A stretch of DNA of 64,000 bases, taken from Myxococcota bacterium (GTDB taxonomy: Bacteria; Myxococcota_A; UBA9042; PHBI01; JACKFB01). The notes below the pieces were generated by a model, which worked only from the letters and a program-made list of their open reading frames with translations, made no database searches and was not told the origin of the DNA. The first letter of the stretch is position 1; every line of letters starts with the position of its first letter. The stretch lies in the NCBI GenBank assembly GCA_051747385.1, contig JBNJGB010000033.1, positions 164 through 64,163 on the forward strand, read 5' to 3'. Below, piece after piece: positions 14,189-23,342 of the stretch. The translations under genes were made by a program, and so were the position numbers.

Positions 14189-14845
14189 GCCGGCTCGCGC
14201 GCTCGTCGCCGCGTGCCTCGTCCCGGATGCGGTGACGCGGCGCCGCGCCGCGTGGGCGCTCGAAGAATGGCTCGACGGTGCCGTCGAGCGGACAAAGGAG
14301 CGAGGGAATGCCGATGGTTCGTTACGCTTGCCTGCTCGGGCTCGGCCTCCTGCTCGCGGGATGCGGGCCCACCCTGCTGAAGCCCGACGCGGAGCTCCAC
14401 AACGTCAGGAGCCCCGAGGGCTGGGCCTGGCAGCGCGACTACTCGCTCGCGCTGTCGGAGATCCCTCCCGGCGAGCTCGTCGCCGCGTGGAGCGAGCGCC
14501 ACGGCCTCGTCGAGCACGGGGGACCGACCGGGATGCGCACCCACTGCGGCGACCCGGTCGAGGTCGTGAGCAGCACCGGCGAGGTCGTCCACGGCCGCCT
14601 GCTCGTCATGGGCCACCGCGAAAACGGGCGCGGTCCCGCCGGACGCGGCGACTACCGGGTGAAGGTCGCCGACCGCTTCATCGACCAGACCTCGGGCGGG
14701 CGCACCGCCGTCCAGTACGAGTCCTACGTGGCCGACGACACCGAGTACTACGCGTGGATCCTCTGGATGCGCCAGGAGCCGTTCTTCGGGCCCGACCACG
14801 AGTGCAACCAGGACACATGAGCCGGCTCGCGCGCTCGTCGCCGCG
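13922..14845 (+). repeat. Identical 292-bp direct repeat (13922-14213 and 14554-14845)
   Basis: Base-for-base identity from CCGGTCGAGGTCGTG through the stop codon and 25 nt beyond; offset 632 bp. Confidence 0.92.
14308..14820 (+). CDS. Hypothetical lipoprotein (paralog B)
   Basis: AAGGAG RBS, lipobox LLAG-C. N-half diverged from paralog A, C-half identical. Confidence 0.8.
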   Translation: MPMVRYACLLGLGLLLAGCGPTLLKPDAELHNVRSPEGWAWQRDYSLALSEIPPGELVAAWSERHGLVEHGGPTGMRTHCGDPVEVVSSTGEVVHGRLLVMGHRENGRGPAGRGDYRVKVADRFIDQTSGGRTAVQYESYVADDTEYYAWILWMRQEPFFGPDHECNQDT

Positions 14846-15165
14846 GGATCGAGTCTACCGACTTCCGGCTTCGTGGGCGGCTGGGGTCGAGGGAGGATGC
14901 GCGTACGGCCCGCTCCGGCGCCACCTGGGCCACCGGGAGCCGATCCGGGGCGCGGTCTGGCCATCGGCCACCTGACGAGCCAGGTGACGGGCGGAATGAC
15001 CGCCGCCCGCGTCACCGCCCGGACCACCACGCTGCGCCCGGCCCGCATCCGAACCCCGCTGACGAAGAAGGCGCGGCCACCTGCCGATCACCGGGGCATC
15101 GTCACAGCGATGCGCGGCGCGTGGCTACCACTCGTCCCCACGCGCTCCCGCGCGTCGTCGGCCGC

Positions 15166-15708
15166 CTATCCCTCGCCGATCTCGTCGTCGAGATCCTGGT
15201 GGCAGGACGGGCAGATCCCGTGGGTCACCTCTACGCCGGCGTTCTGCCGGACGTAGGTCTCGAGGCTCTTCCAGTACCCCTCGTCATCGCGCACCCGCTT
15301 ACACCAGGCGCAGACGGGGAGCAGCCCCCGCAGCGTCTCGACCTGCTCGAGGGCGTCCTCGAGCTCCCCGATGACTTCGTTGCGGCGCTGAAGCTCCCGC
15401 TTCAAGCGGAGGAGCAGGTACACGACGAGGCCGAAGAAGCCGAACCGGAGCGTGGCATTCCAGATGCGGGTGAGGGGGAGATCATACGGGTCGGCCACGA
15501 ACCAGGCCGCCGCCGACGCCACGGCCATCGCCCAGCCCACGCGCGGGCCGACGCGCCAGGCCGCCCACGCGATGCCCGGGATGTAGAAGAGGGACAGGCC
15601 GATGAAGCGACCCGTCAGGCGGTCCAACGCGGTGACGGCGAGAAGGTAGAGCACGGCGGCCGCCAACACGAGCGCGCGCTGGCGCGTCTGGTCGGAGGAG
15701 GGAGTCAC
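15166..15708 (-). CDS. Membrane sensor-like protein with C-terminal Cys motif (LLPVCAWCK...THGICPSC)
   Basis: About four TM helices, a coiled coil, then the CxxC...HGICPxC module often appended to bacterial signalling proteins. Confidence 0.75.
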   Translation of the reverse strand: MTPSSDQTRQRALVLAAAVLYLLAVTALDRLTGRFIGLSLFYIPGIAWAAWRVGPRVGWAMAVASAAAWFVADPYDLPLTRIWNATLRFGFFGLVVYLLLRLKRELQRRNEVIGELEDALEQVETLRGLLPVCAWCKRVRDDEGYWKSLETYVRQNAGVEVTHGICPSCHQDLDDEIGEG

Positions 15709-15791
15709 GAGGCCATCATCCGATCTCCTGTGTAGGCGTCAATCGGGCCACGGCGCCCGCGCTTCGCACGGGCCCGCCGCGTGGGGGGCGG

Positions 15792-17177
15792 TCATGGGCG
15801 GCCGCCTCCGGTCGTCGTCCCGTGCCTCCGGCGCAGGCGCTCCAGCTTCTCGGCCCGGCTCTCACCGGGCGGGGCATGGCGCTCCGCGTGCTCGTACGCG
15901 TCGATGGCGGCGGCCATCTCGCCGCGGCGGGCCAGGTCGCCGCCGAGCCAGCGGTAGAAGTCGAAGCGGGCGGTCGACGCGTGCACCGCTCCCCACAGCG
16001 CCAGGGCCGCGAGGCCGCCGGCCACCGCCCGGTCCAGGGCCGATCGGACCCCGGCGCGTGCGAAGGCGTGGAGGCTGAGCACGACCAGCCCGATCGACGA
16101 CGCCACACCGGCGGTCTCCGCTCCGGGCAGGTCCAGCCAGGTGCCCAGCGCGGCGAAGCCCCAGGCCACCCCTACGATGGCCGCGCCGGTCGCTATCCAG
16201 GCGCTCCCCCGCGGCGCGCGGCGCACCAGCGGGACCACGAGCAGAGGCGCCACCCGACGGCGCAGGCGATCGACGGCGACGAGCGGCGCCTCCAACCACC
16301 GGGCGGGGAGGAGGAAGACGGCCGCCAGGAGCAGGGCGTACACGCTGAACCAGCCGATCTTCAGGCCCAGCCACTCGGCGCCGGCGTGGAAGGCGACGGC
16401 GGACAACAGCGCCACCCAGCGCAGGCACGCGGCGAGGCGGCCGCCGCCCTCCCCGTCCCCGGCGAGGAGGCGGGCGACGTACCCGAGCGCGATGGAGACC
16501 TGCAGGGCCACGGTGCCCCAGGCGAGGAGCGGCCAGAGCTGCTCCAGCCCCAGGCCGAGGGCGCCGGCGAGGGCCTCCATCTCCTGCATCCCGTCCCGGG
16601 CCCCGACCAGACGGCGGATCACCGCGCCCCCGTGCCACCGCGGATCGATCTTGGCGACGGCCGTGAAGGTGTAGACGAGCGCCATGGTCGCGCCCACGAG
16701 CTGGACGCCCCAGGCCGTCGCCGCGGGCGGGGGCCCGCTCCGGCCCGGTGGCGCGACGGCGCGCCCGAGGCTCGGAGCCGGGGCCAGGGCGAGGCCCGCC
16801 AGCACCCACGACAAGAGGTAGTGGTGCTGGTAGCTGTCCAGCTGGCTCATGGCCCAGGACCAGGTGTAGAGGAGCGCGAGCAGCCCGGTCGCCCACCTCC
16901 CCGCGGCGCCGAGCGCGACGAGCGCGGCCAGGAGCCCCACGACCACCATCAGGCCGACGTACAGGCCGGGGCTCGGCAGCGGCTGCAGCGCGTCGAGCCA
17001 GGCGAAGTGCGCGACGTTGAAGCCGCCCGCTCCGTAGCGCCCCCCGTGCGGCATCATCAGGAGCCAGGCGTCGAAGGCCAGCAGGCCGCAGACGAGCCTC
17101 CGCAGGAGGAACACCCGCGCCAGGGCGAGAGGCTGGAACCAGGTCTGCTCCCAGGCGCTCACGACGCATGCGCTCAC
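15792..17177 (-). CDS. HTTM-domain protein (vitamin K-dependent gamma-carboxylase-like membrane domain) with C-terminal TPR-like helix pair
   Basis: YQHHYLL, VYTFTAVAKIDPRWHGG and FHAGAEWLGLKIGWFS motifs. GTG 17177 overlaps the upstream TGA. Confidence 0.8.
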   Translation of the reverse strand: MSACVVSAWEQTWFQPLALARVFLLRRLVCGLLAFDAWLLMMPHGGRYGAGGFNVAHFAWLDALQPLPSPGLYVGLMVVVGLLAALVALGAAGRWATGLLALLYTWSWAMSQLDSYQHHYLLSWVLAGLALAPAPSLGRAVAPPGRSGPPPAATAWGVQLVGATMALVYTFTAVAKIDPRWHGGAVIRRLVGARDGMQEMEALAGALGLGLEQLWPLLAWGTVALQVSIALGYVARLLAGDGEGGGRLAACLRWVALLSAVAFHAGAEWLGLKIGWFSVYALLLAAVFLLPARWLEAPLVAVDRLRRRVAPLLVVPLVRRAPRGSAWIATGAAIVGVAWGFAALGTWLDLPGAETAGVASSIGLVVLSLHAFARAGVRSALDRAVAGGLAALALWGAVHASTARFDFYRWLGGDLARRGEMAAAIDAYEHAERHAPPGESRAEKLERLRRRHGTTTGGGRP

Positions 17178-17623
17178 GACGCCCCCTCCGCCTCGCCGGC
17201 GCACTCCACGTCGACGGGATTCGGGTCCGCGCGCTCGCCCTGCGGCGTGACACACCGCCAGCGCAGGTGCACCGAGGCCACCTCCGCCCGATCACAACGC
17301 CACGTGACGAAGCGCTCGACCACGTCGGGGCGGGCCATCCGGAGCCCGCTGACCCAGCCCGCCTGCATCTCCGCGTACGGCTCCACGCTCCTGGCCGGGG
17401 CGTCCGGCCCCTCGGCGGTACGCTCCCACACGCCGACCCCGCAGCGCTTCATCCGGTAGGCGGAGAACATGCGCCAGGCGAAACGCTCGTCCTCCTTGTC
17501 CTCTCCGACGTAGTAGGAGGCCGGCACCGCGACGTGGAGGCCCAGCCAGGCCGCGATCGCCAGGTGCGCACCCCACCTGCGCCACCGACTCGCGACCCTG
17601 GACTCGTGTCCCCGGTCCATCAC
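17174..17623 (-). CDS. Single-TM partner of the HTTM protein carrying an RFAWRMFS motif
   Basis: TM helix then VPASYY...EDERFAWRMFS; translationally coupled to the HTTM gene. Confidence 0.7.
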   Translation of the reverse strand: MMDRGHESRVASRWRRWGAHLAIAAWLGLHVAVPASYYVGEDKEDERFAWRMFSAYRMKRCGVGVWERTAEGPDAPARSVEPYAEMQAGWVSGLRMARPDVVERFVTWRCDRAEVASVHLRWRCVTPQGERADPNPVDVECAGEAEGAS

Positions 17624-17732
17624 GCCCCGCTCGTCGTCCTCCTCGTCCAGCTCCGATGTCCAAGCGCCCCCGGAGCCGAACTCCGAACAAGGGTCCCACC
17701 GGCTGTATTCCGGCGGACCCGCGGCTTGCGGC

Positions 17733-17826
17733 GACCGGACGCTCTTCGTCGAGCGGGGCCGACATCCAGTCGAGAAGCTGGCGGTGCCAGTCGTGGCCGG
17801 CGGGCGTCTCGCCTGTCAATTGATCC
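17733..17826 (-). pseudogene. Remnant resembling a HepT-like (HEPN) toxin/antitoxin gene
   Basis: DQLTGETPAGHDWHRQLLDWMSAPLDEERPV resembles the recalled PxGxxWHxxLLxxM...RPxV motif. No intact ORF around it. Confidence 0.45.
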
Positions 17827-18213
17827 CAAGTCGCCGAGAGCCCGCGAGACGTGGTCGTGGACATGGACGAGGTCGGGCTCACCGGGCCCGGCGCTTCGCC
17901 CCCCACCGGGAGTGGGCTCCGGGCCGGGCCGCCTCGTGCCGCCGGGGCCGACGGGTCGGGGAGTGACCGCCGCGGACAGCGGTCGTACTGCATCTTCCCC
18001 ATGTCCTCCGCGGCTTTGGAGCTCGGCGCCCTGGCGCGAGCCCTTCGGTGCTGGGGAGATGTGTATGATCGACAGGCGTCTCGCCCGCCAGAGGAGCCCC
18101 GGATGCGTCCGGAACTCCCGCACGAAGCCGGGTGATGTAGAGAACTCGATCACCCCGCCGGCCGCCCTCGGGTCCCCTTGGCCAGGGGAGGCGGCACCGT
18201 GTAGAACACCTCC

Positions 18214-18651
18214 ATGGGCCTGCTGTCCTTCGAGCGCCGGTGGCTCCTGGCCGCCTTCGAGACCATCCTTCCGGGCGGGGTCGGGCCGATGCTTCCGGCG
18301 GACGTGGGAGAGCGGACGGCCGGCTTCGTGGACGAGCTCTTCGTCCGGGCGCCCACCGAGACGCTCGTCGGGGTCCGGGCGGCCCTGTGGCTGGTGACCC
18401 TGGGGCCGCTGCTCTGGCGCCTGAAGCTCCGCCCCTTCCATCGGCTGCGTCCGGCCGACCGCGTCGCCTTCCTCGAGGCCCTGGAGGGCAGCCGCGTCCA
18501 TGCCCTGCGAGAGCTCCCGGCGTTGCTGAAGCTGCTCGCCTGCACGGCTCGCGCCGGCCTCCCGAGCACGCAGCGGGCGGCGGGGCAGGCGCGGCCGGAC
18601 GCGACGCCGCCGGAGTGGGCGCGGGCGTCCGACCGGGGGGCGCGGTCGTGA
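18214..18651 (+). CDS. Hypothetical partner of the GMC oxidoreductase (gluconate 2-dehydrogenase subunit 3-like)
   Basis: RPFHRLRPADRVAFLEALEGS...LKLLAC; coupled by GTGA to the GMC gene. Confidence 0.6.
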   Translation: MGLLSFERRWLLAAFETILPGGVGPMLPADVGERTAGFVDELFVRAPTETLVGVRAALWLVTLGPLLWRLKLRPFHRLRPADRVAFLEALEGSRVHALRELPALLKLLACTARAGLPSTQRAAGQARPDATPPEWARASDRGARS

Positions 18652-20180
18652 GGGACGGGCTGGTCCAGGGGGAAGACGTCGCGGGCCGGAGCCGGGTCGA
18701 GGACGTGGCCGACGTGGTCGTGGTGGGCACCGGCGCCGGTGGGGCGGCGGCCGGCCGGGTCCTGGCCGCAGCGGGGCTGGACGTCGCGTTCGTCGAGGAG
18801 GGGCCGTGGGTGCCCGTCCACGAACGCCGCGCGGACGTCTGGAGCAGCTTCGGGGCCCAGTGGCGGGACCTCAGCTTCCAGGTGGCCAAGGGGCGCGCCT
18901 TCACCCCCATCCTCCAGGGGGCGTGCGTCGGCGGCTCCACGGCGATCTACGGCGCCATCGTCCACCGCATGCCCGAGGCGATCCACGACGTCTGGGTCCG
19001 CGAGCACGGCGTGGGCGAGGTCCTGTCCTACGACGCCCTGGAGCGGGCCTGGGACCGCCTCGACGAGGAGCTGTCCGTCGCGCCCACCCCGGAGGAGGTC
19101 TACGGCGGCAACAACGCCCTGATGCGACGCGGCTTGGAAGCCCTCGGCTGGAGCGGCGGCCCCACCCGGCGGGCGGTGGTCGGCTGCCAGGGCTCCACGC
19201 GCTGCAACCAGGGATGCCCCACCGGCCGCAAGCAGAGCATGGACCTCACCCTGGTCCCGCGGGCCATGGACGACGGGGCGCGCCTGTACGCCACGGCGCC
19301 GGTCGAGCGGATCCTGGTCGAGGGCGGCCGGGCCGTCGGGGTCCGAGCCCGCTTCCGGGGCGGCGCGGGGGGCCGGGGCGGACCGGAGCTCGTGGTCCGG
19401 GCCCGGCACGGGGTCGTCCTCGCAGCCGGTGCCATCCACACGCCGCTCCTCCTCCGGACCGCCGGGGTCGGCGAGCGCTCGAAGCTGCTCGGTCGGGGCC
19501 TCCAGTGCCACCCGGGGACGTCGATCCTCGCCGCCTTCGACGAGCCCGTCGCCATGTGGCGGGGCGCGACCCAGGGCTACGAGACGACCCACTTCTGGGA
19601 CGAGCGGATGAAGTTCGAGACCGTCGGCGTGCCCCTGGAGGTCGCCGGCACCCGCCTGCCCGGCTGGGGCGCCGACCTGTCGCGGGCCTTCGCCGAGCTG
19701 CCCCACATGGCCTCCTGGGGCGTGCAGGTCCGGGCCGAGGCGAAGGGGCGCGTCCGGCGCGGGTGGAGCGGCCGGGCGAGCATCCGCTACGAGATGACCC
19801 CGCGGGATGTGCACGACATGAAGCGGGGGCTCCGCCGCCTCGCCGAGCTGGCCTTCGCCGCCGGGGCGCGGGAGGTGCTGCCGGGGGTCCTGGGCCTCCC
19901 GGACCGGGTCGGGAGCCTCGCGGCGATGGACGCGATGTTCGACCTCCCGGACGATCCGCGCCTGCTGCACTGCATCTGCGCCCACCTCTTCGGGACCGCG
20001 ACCCTGGGCCCGGACGATCGCCGCGGCGTCGTGGACCCGGAGGGCCGCTGCTGGGAGGTGGACGGCCTCTACGCCATGGACGCGTCCATCCTGCCGACGA
20101 ACATGGGCGTCAACCCGGCCCACACCATCTCGGCGGTCGCCTGGCTCGCCGCCGAGCGCCTGGCCGAACGTCTGACATAG
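18648..20180 (+). CDS. GMC family oxidoreductase
   Basis: DVVVVGTGAGG FAD motif, GACVGGSTAI, CxGxxRCxxGCP, AAGAIHTP, AHLFGTA, DASILPTNMGVNP. Confidence 0.92.
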   Translation: MRDGLVQGEDVAGRSRVEDVADVVVVGTGAGGAAAGRVLAAAGLDVAFVEEGPWVPVHERRADVWSSFGAQWRDLSFQVAKGRAFTPILQGACVGGSTAIYGAIVHRMPEAIHDVWVREHGVGEVLSYDALERAWDRLDEELSVAPTPEEVYGGNNALMRRGLEALGWSGGPTRRAVVGCQGSTRCNQGCPTGRKQSMDLTLVPRAMDDGARLYATAPVERILVEGGRAVGVRARFRGGAGGRGGPELVVRARHGVVLAAGAIHTPLLLRTAGVGERSKLLGRGLQCHPGTSILAAFDEPVAMWRGATQGYETTHFWDERMKFETVGVPLEVAGTRLPGWGADLSRAFAELPHMASWGVQVRAEAKGRVRRGWSGRASIRYEMTPRDVHDMKRGLRRLAELAFAAGAREVLPGVLGLPDRVGSLAAMDAMFDLPDDPRLLHCICAHLFGTATLGPDDRRGVVDPEGRCWEVDGLYAMDASILPTNMGVNPAHTISAVAWLAAERLAERLT

Positions 20181-20259
20181 ACCACCGGACGCTCCACACG
20201 CATCCGCCCACCCCGCCACTCATCGCCCTCGCCAGGCCCCCGCCCGAGCCCGAGCTCGC

Positions 20260-20329
20260 CCTGTAACCGGCGTCGCTGCGCGCCGGCCCTCCGCCCTCGA
20301 GGCCTTCGGCCCGACCAGCAGCCAGCCCA
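20260..20329. repeat. Dispersed 70-bp intergenic repeat, copy 2
   Basis: First 23 nt identical to 12869-12891; 61/70 identical overall. Confidence 0.85.
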
Positions 20330-20472
20330 TGATGCCGACCCTCACCGCCCGGCTCGTCCGCGTCACGGTCCGGCCACGACCGGCTGCAATTCCACGTGTC
20401 GTGGGAAACGCGAAGCGTCGTCCCGCATTCTGCTACGATGCCCGGACGATCGAGTCTCCCCGGGAGGTCCAC

Positions 20473-22548
20473 GTGCCGCGCTGCCCGCTCATGCTCGCTG
20501 TCCTCGCCACGCTCCTGGCGGGCTGCCGATCCGACGACGCCGCGCCGCGCGCGGACGTGGTGGTCGGCCCGGACAGCGCCGGCATCGCGGATGCCCCGGA
20601 CAGCGCGCCCGCACCGGACGCGCCCGACGCCGCGCCCGACGTGCCGCCGCCCCTCATCGCCCCCGACGAGACGCCCGCGGCACTCGTCCTCCCTGTCGAT
20701 GACGAGGAGCCGCCGCCGGAGCTGCCGGATGGCGTGCGCGTCCGCGGCGTCACGTTCAACATCCACGGCGGCGGCGACGCACCCGTCGAGGACATCGGCG
20801 CCTTCCTCGGTACCCTCGCGCCGGACGTGGTGGCCCTCCAGGAGTGCCCCGGCGACGCCGTCGCGACGATCGCCGCCGCGGCCGGGCTCGCGCACACGGC
20901 GGGGACGTCCGGCAACGTGCTGCTCGCGGCCACGGAGCTCACCGGCGTCGAGAGCATCGGCCTCCCGGGCGGGCGCGGCGCCGTGCGGGCCGAGACCGTC
21001 ATCGACGGCGTCCCGTTCGCGGTCTACTCGACCCACATCAGCTGGGACGCGGCGGGCGACCGGCAGGCGCGGGCGCTCGTCGACGAGGTCGTCGCGGCCG
21101 AGCCGCTCCCGCACCTCGTCATGCTGGGCGACTTCAACGACGAGCACTACAGCACGCAGAACACGATCCTCGAGGAGGCGCTGGTCGACGCCCACACGGC
21201 GGCCGGCTGGTACCCGGGCCAGCGGATCTCCTGGCCGGCGGATGGTTTCGACGGCGCCGAGGGGTCGCAGCTCATCGACCTCGTCTGGTTCCGACGCGAC
21301 CTCCCGGCGATCGTCGAGGACGTGGCCGTCCTCGACCCGGTGCCCCTTCTCTCGGACCACCGCCCGTCGCTGGCCGACCTCCTGTTCCCGCGCGACGCCG
21401 AGGCTCCCTTCACCGAGGACCCGTTCGCGGCTCGTCGCGACCCGTGGCGCGCGTTGCCGCCGGACGGCGAGCGGCCGCCGAACCTCCTGGAGAATCCGGG
21501 TGCGGAGGACGGCCTCGCGGGCTGGGACGTCGCGGGAGACGCCCTCACCGTCACCGAACGCGCCAACCGCACGCCGCACGAGGGCGCGGCGTTCTTCGTG
21601 GGCCGCGAGGGCTCGGCCGCGGGCGTCGGCGAGCACTCCTCGGGCGGCCAGACCGTGTCCCTCGCCGCCGAGGCCGACACCATCGACGCGGGCCGCGGCC
21701 GCCTCTACGCGGCCGGCTGGCTGACCACCGGCTACAAAACGGACACGGAAGATGGCTTCACGAGCAACGAGCTGACGCGGAACGACCACGGCGAGCTGAT
21801 CGTCGAGGCGCTCGACGCCGCTGGCGCCGTCCTGGTCCGCGTCGTCTCGGGCCCCCGGGATACGTACGGCTGGCATCCGTGGGCCGTCGCCGTCGACCTC
21901 CCGCCTGGCGCCCGTGCCGCCCGTCTCACGTGGTTCGCTCACCAGCACCCGTGGAACGGGGGCGGCAACGACGCGGGCTTCGACGACCTGTACCTGGGCT
22001 TCTCCGCCCTCCCGGAGTCGCACGCGACGCTCGGCGGCGACCTCCTGGCCAACGGCGGCGCCGAGTCGGGCGACACGGGGGGCTGGCAGGCCCACGGATG
22101 GCAGGCTCTCCAGGACCTCCGCATCCACGGCCTCATGGCCTCGTTGCCCTGGTCCTGGTCGGGCGCCCACCACTTCTTCGGCGGCGGCCCCCTCCACCGC
22201 GAGGGGGGACCCGAAGAGGACGCCACACTCGTCCAGTCGCTCGACCTCACCCCGTACGCCGCCACGCTCGCCGAGGGCCGCCTCGCTCTCCGCTGGGGGG
22301 GCCGGGTCCGCACCTGGGGTTCTCAGACCGCCGTCACGATGGCCCTCGCCATCGACGACGGCGACGGCACCCCGTGGGGGGAGATCGCCGCCCGGCCCGT
22401 CGCCGCCTCCCAGTGGACCGAGATCGCCCAGCGCACCCGCATCCCCGCAGGCGCGGGCGCCGTCCGCCTCATCGTCCGCGCCCCGGTCACCGACGTCGGC
22501 ACCGCCGCCTTCGCCGACGAGCTCTACGTCTGGCCGGAGCGCTGGTAG
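20473..22548 (+). CDS. Endonuclease/exonuclease/phosphatase (EEP) lipoprotein with two C-terminal jelly-roll (CBM/FBA-like) domains
   Basis: Lipobox LLAG-C; TFNIH, DVVALQE, LGDFN, IDLVW, SDHRP; repeated NLLxNxGAExG. Confidence 0.85.
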   Translation: MPRCPLMLAVLATLLAGCRSDDAAPRADVVVGPDSAGIADAPDSAPAPDAPDAAPDVPPPLIAPDETPAALVLPVDDEEPPPELPDGVRVRGVTFNIHGGGDAPVEDIGAFLGTLAPDVVALQECPGDAVATIAAAAGLAHTAGTSGNVLLAATELTGVESIGLPGGRGAVRAETVIDGVPFAVYSTHISWDAAGDRQARALVDEVVAAEPLPHLVMLGDFNDEHYSTQNTILEEALVDAHTAAGWYPGQRISWPADGFDGAEGSQLIDLVWFRRDLPAIVEDVAVLDPVPLLSDHRPSLADLLFPRDAEAPFTEDPFAARRDPWRALPPDGERPPNLLENPGAEDGLAGWDVAGDALTVTERANRTPHEGAAFFVGREGSAAGVGEHSSGGQTVSLAAEADTIDAGRGRLYAAGWLTTGYKTDTEDGFTSNELTRNDHGELIVEALDAAGAVLVRVVSGPRDTYGWHPWAVAVDLPPGARAARLTWFAHQHPWNGGGNDAGFDDLYLGFSALPESHATLGGDLLANGGAESGDTGGWQAHGWQALQDLRIHGLMASLPWSWSGAHHFFGGGPLHREGGPEEDATLVQSLDLTPYAATLAEGRLALRWGGRVRTWGSQTAVTMALAIDDGDGTPWGEIAARPVAASQWTEIAQRTRIPAGAGAVRLIVRAPVTDVGTAAFADELYVWPERW

Positions 22549-22578
22549 CGGCGGTTCTCGAAGCCGCGCTTCGAAAGA

Positions 22579-22697
22579 GCCACCCGGGACCTCGTCGAGC
22601 GCCTCGGGGCGGAGGACGAGACCCTCCACAGCTACGAGAGGGCTTCAACGAGCCGGAGCGCGACCGCGTCGTCGGCGACCTGCGAGACCGGCTGCAA
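22579..22697 (+). pseudogene. C-terminal remnant of an alpha/beta hydrolase (lysophospholipase/Hydrolase_4-like)
   Basis: ATRDLVERLGAEDETLHSYE, then a frameshift, then GFNEPERDRVVGDLRDRL. The segment with the catalytic His is missing at the shift. Confidence 0.55.
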
Positions 22698-22703
22698 GCT
22701 GGC

Positions 22704-23240
22704 TCAGCCGGTCCTGCGCGCCCGCATCTCGGTGACGATCTCGTCGAGCTGCTGTTGGGAGAGGGCCTCCTCCATGGCGGGGAAGACCACCGCCTCCTCC
22801 GCGGAGATGTGGTGGAGGAGGGTGTCCCCGAGCAGGGAGGTCAGCTCCTTCAGCAGCGCCCGCCTGTCCTCCAGGCGCTCGGGCTGCTCCGCGAGGGTAT
22901 CCAGCAGCGGAACCAGGTCGACCAGGAGGGAGTCCACCTGCCGGTGCTCCACCTCCATCGCCTCGATGGCGCGCAGGACGCCCTCGTCCACGACGTCGCG
23001 GAGCCGCGGCGCGATGCTGACGTCCTCGTCCTGGGCGTGGAGCGGGAGCGCCTCGGAGAAGTAGCGGTGGAGCATCCGGGCGCCGCGCGCCACCTCGTCC
23101 GGATCGGCTCCCTCGGCCTTCGCGAGCTCGCGGCTCATCTGGACGAAGCGCCGCATGCGGGCGTGACATGCCATGAGCATGCCCAGGGCGTCCTCGCTCT
23201 CCTCCGTCCTCGACTTGCCGGGCTCGAACTCGATCGGCAT
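22704..23240 (-). CDS. Hemerythrin (HHE) domain protein
   Basis: CHARM, LHAQDE, EHRQV and HISAEEAVVFP metal-ligand motifs. Confidence 0.85.
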   Translation of the reverse strand: MPIEFEPGKSRTEESEDALGMLMACHARMRRFVQMSRELAKAEGADPDEVARGARMLHRYFSEALPLHAQDEDVSIAPRLRDVVDEGVLRAIEAMEVEHRQVDSLLVDLVPLLDTLAEQPERLEDRRALLKELTSLLGDTLLHHISAEEAVVFPAMEEALSQQQLDEIVTEMRARRTG

Positions 23241-23342
23241 GGCGACCTCCCCTTTCGTCCCAGCCTACACAATCCGGAGCGCCCCCACCCACGACGGACC
23301 CAGGGTCGTTGCAAGTCCCTGAAACCACGAGGGTAGACGGGC

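Noticed and set aside
13922-14845. Diversity-generating retroelement TR/VR pair
   Set aside because: The copies are identical with no adenine-specific differences, and no reverse transcriptase is present in the window.
17960-18160. Possible RelE/YafQ-like remnant (IEFSTSPGFVREFR) on the minus strand
   Set aside because: The resemblance is too short and weak to support without a search.
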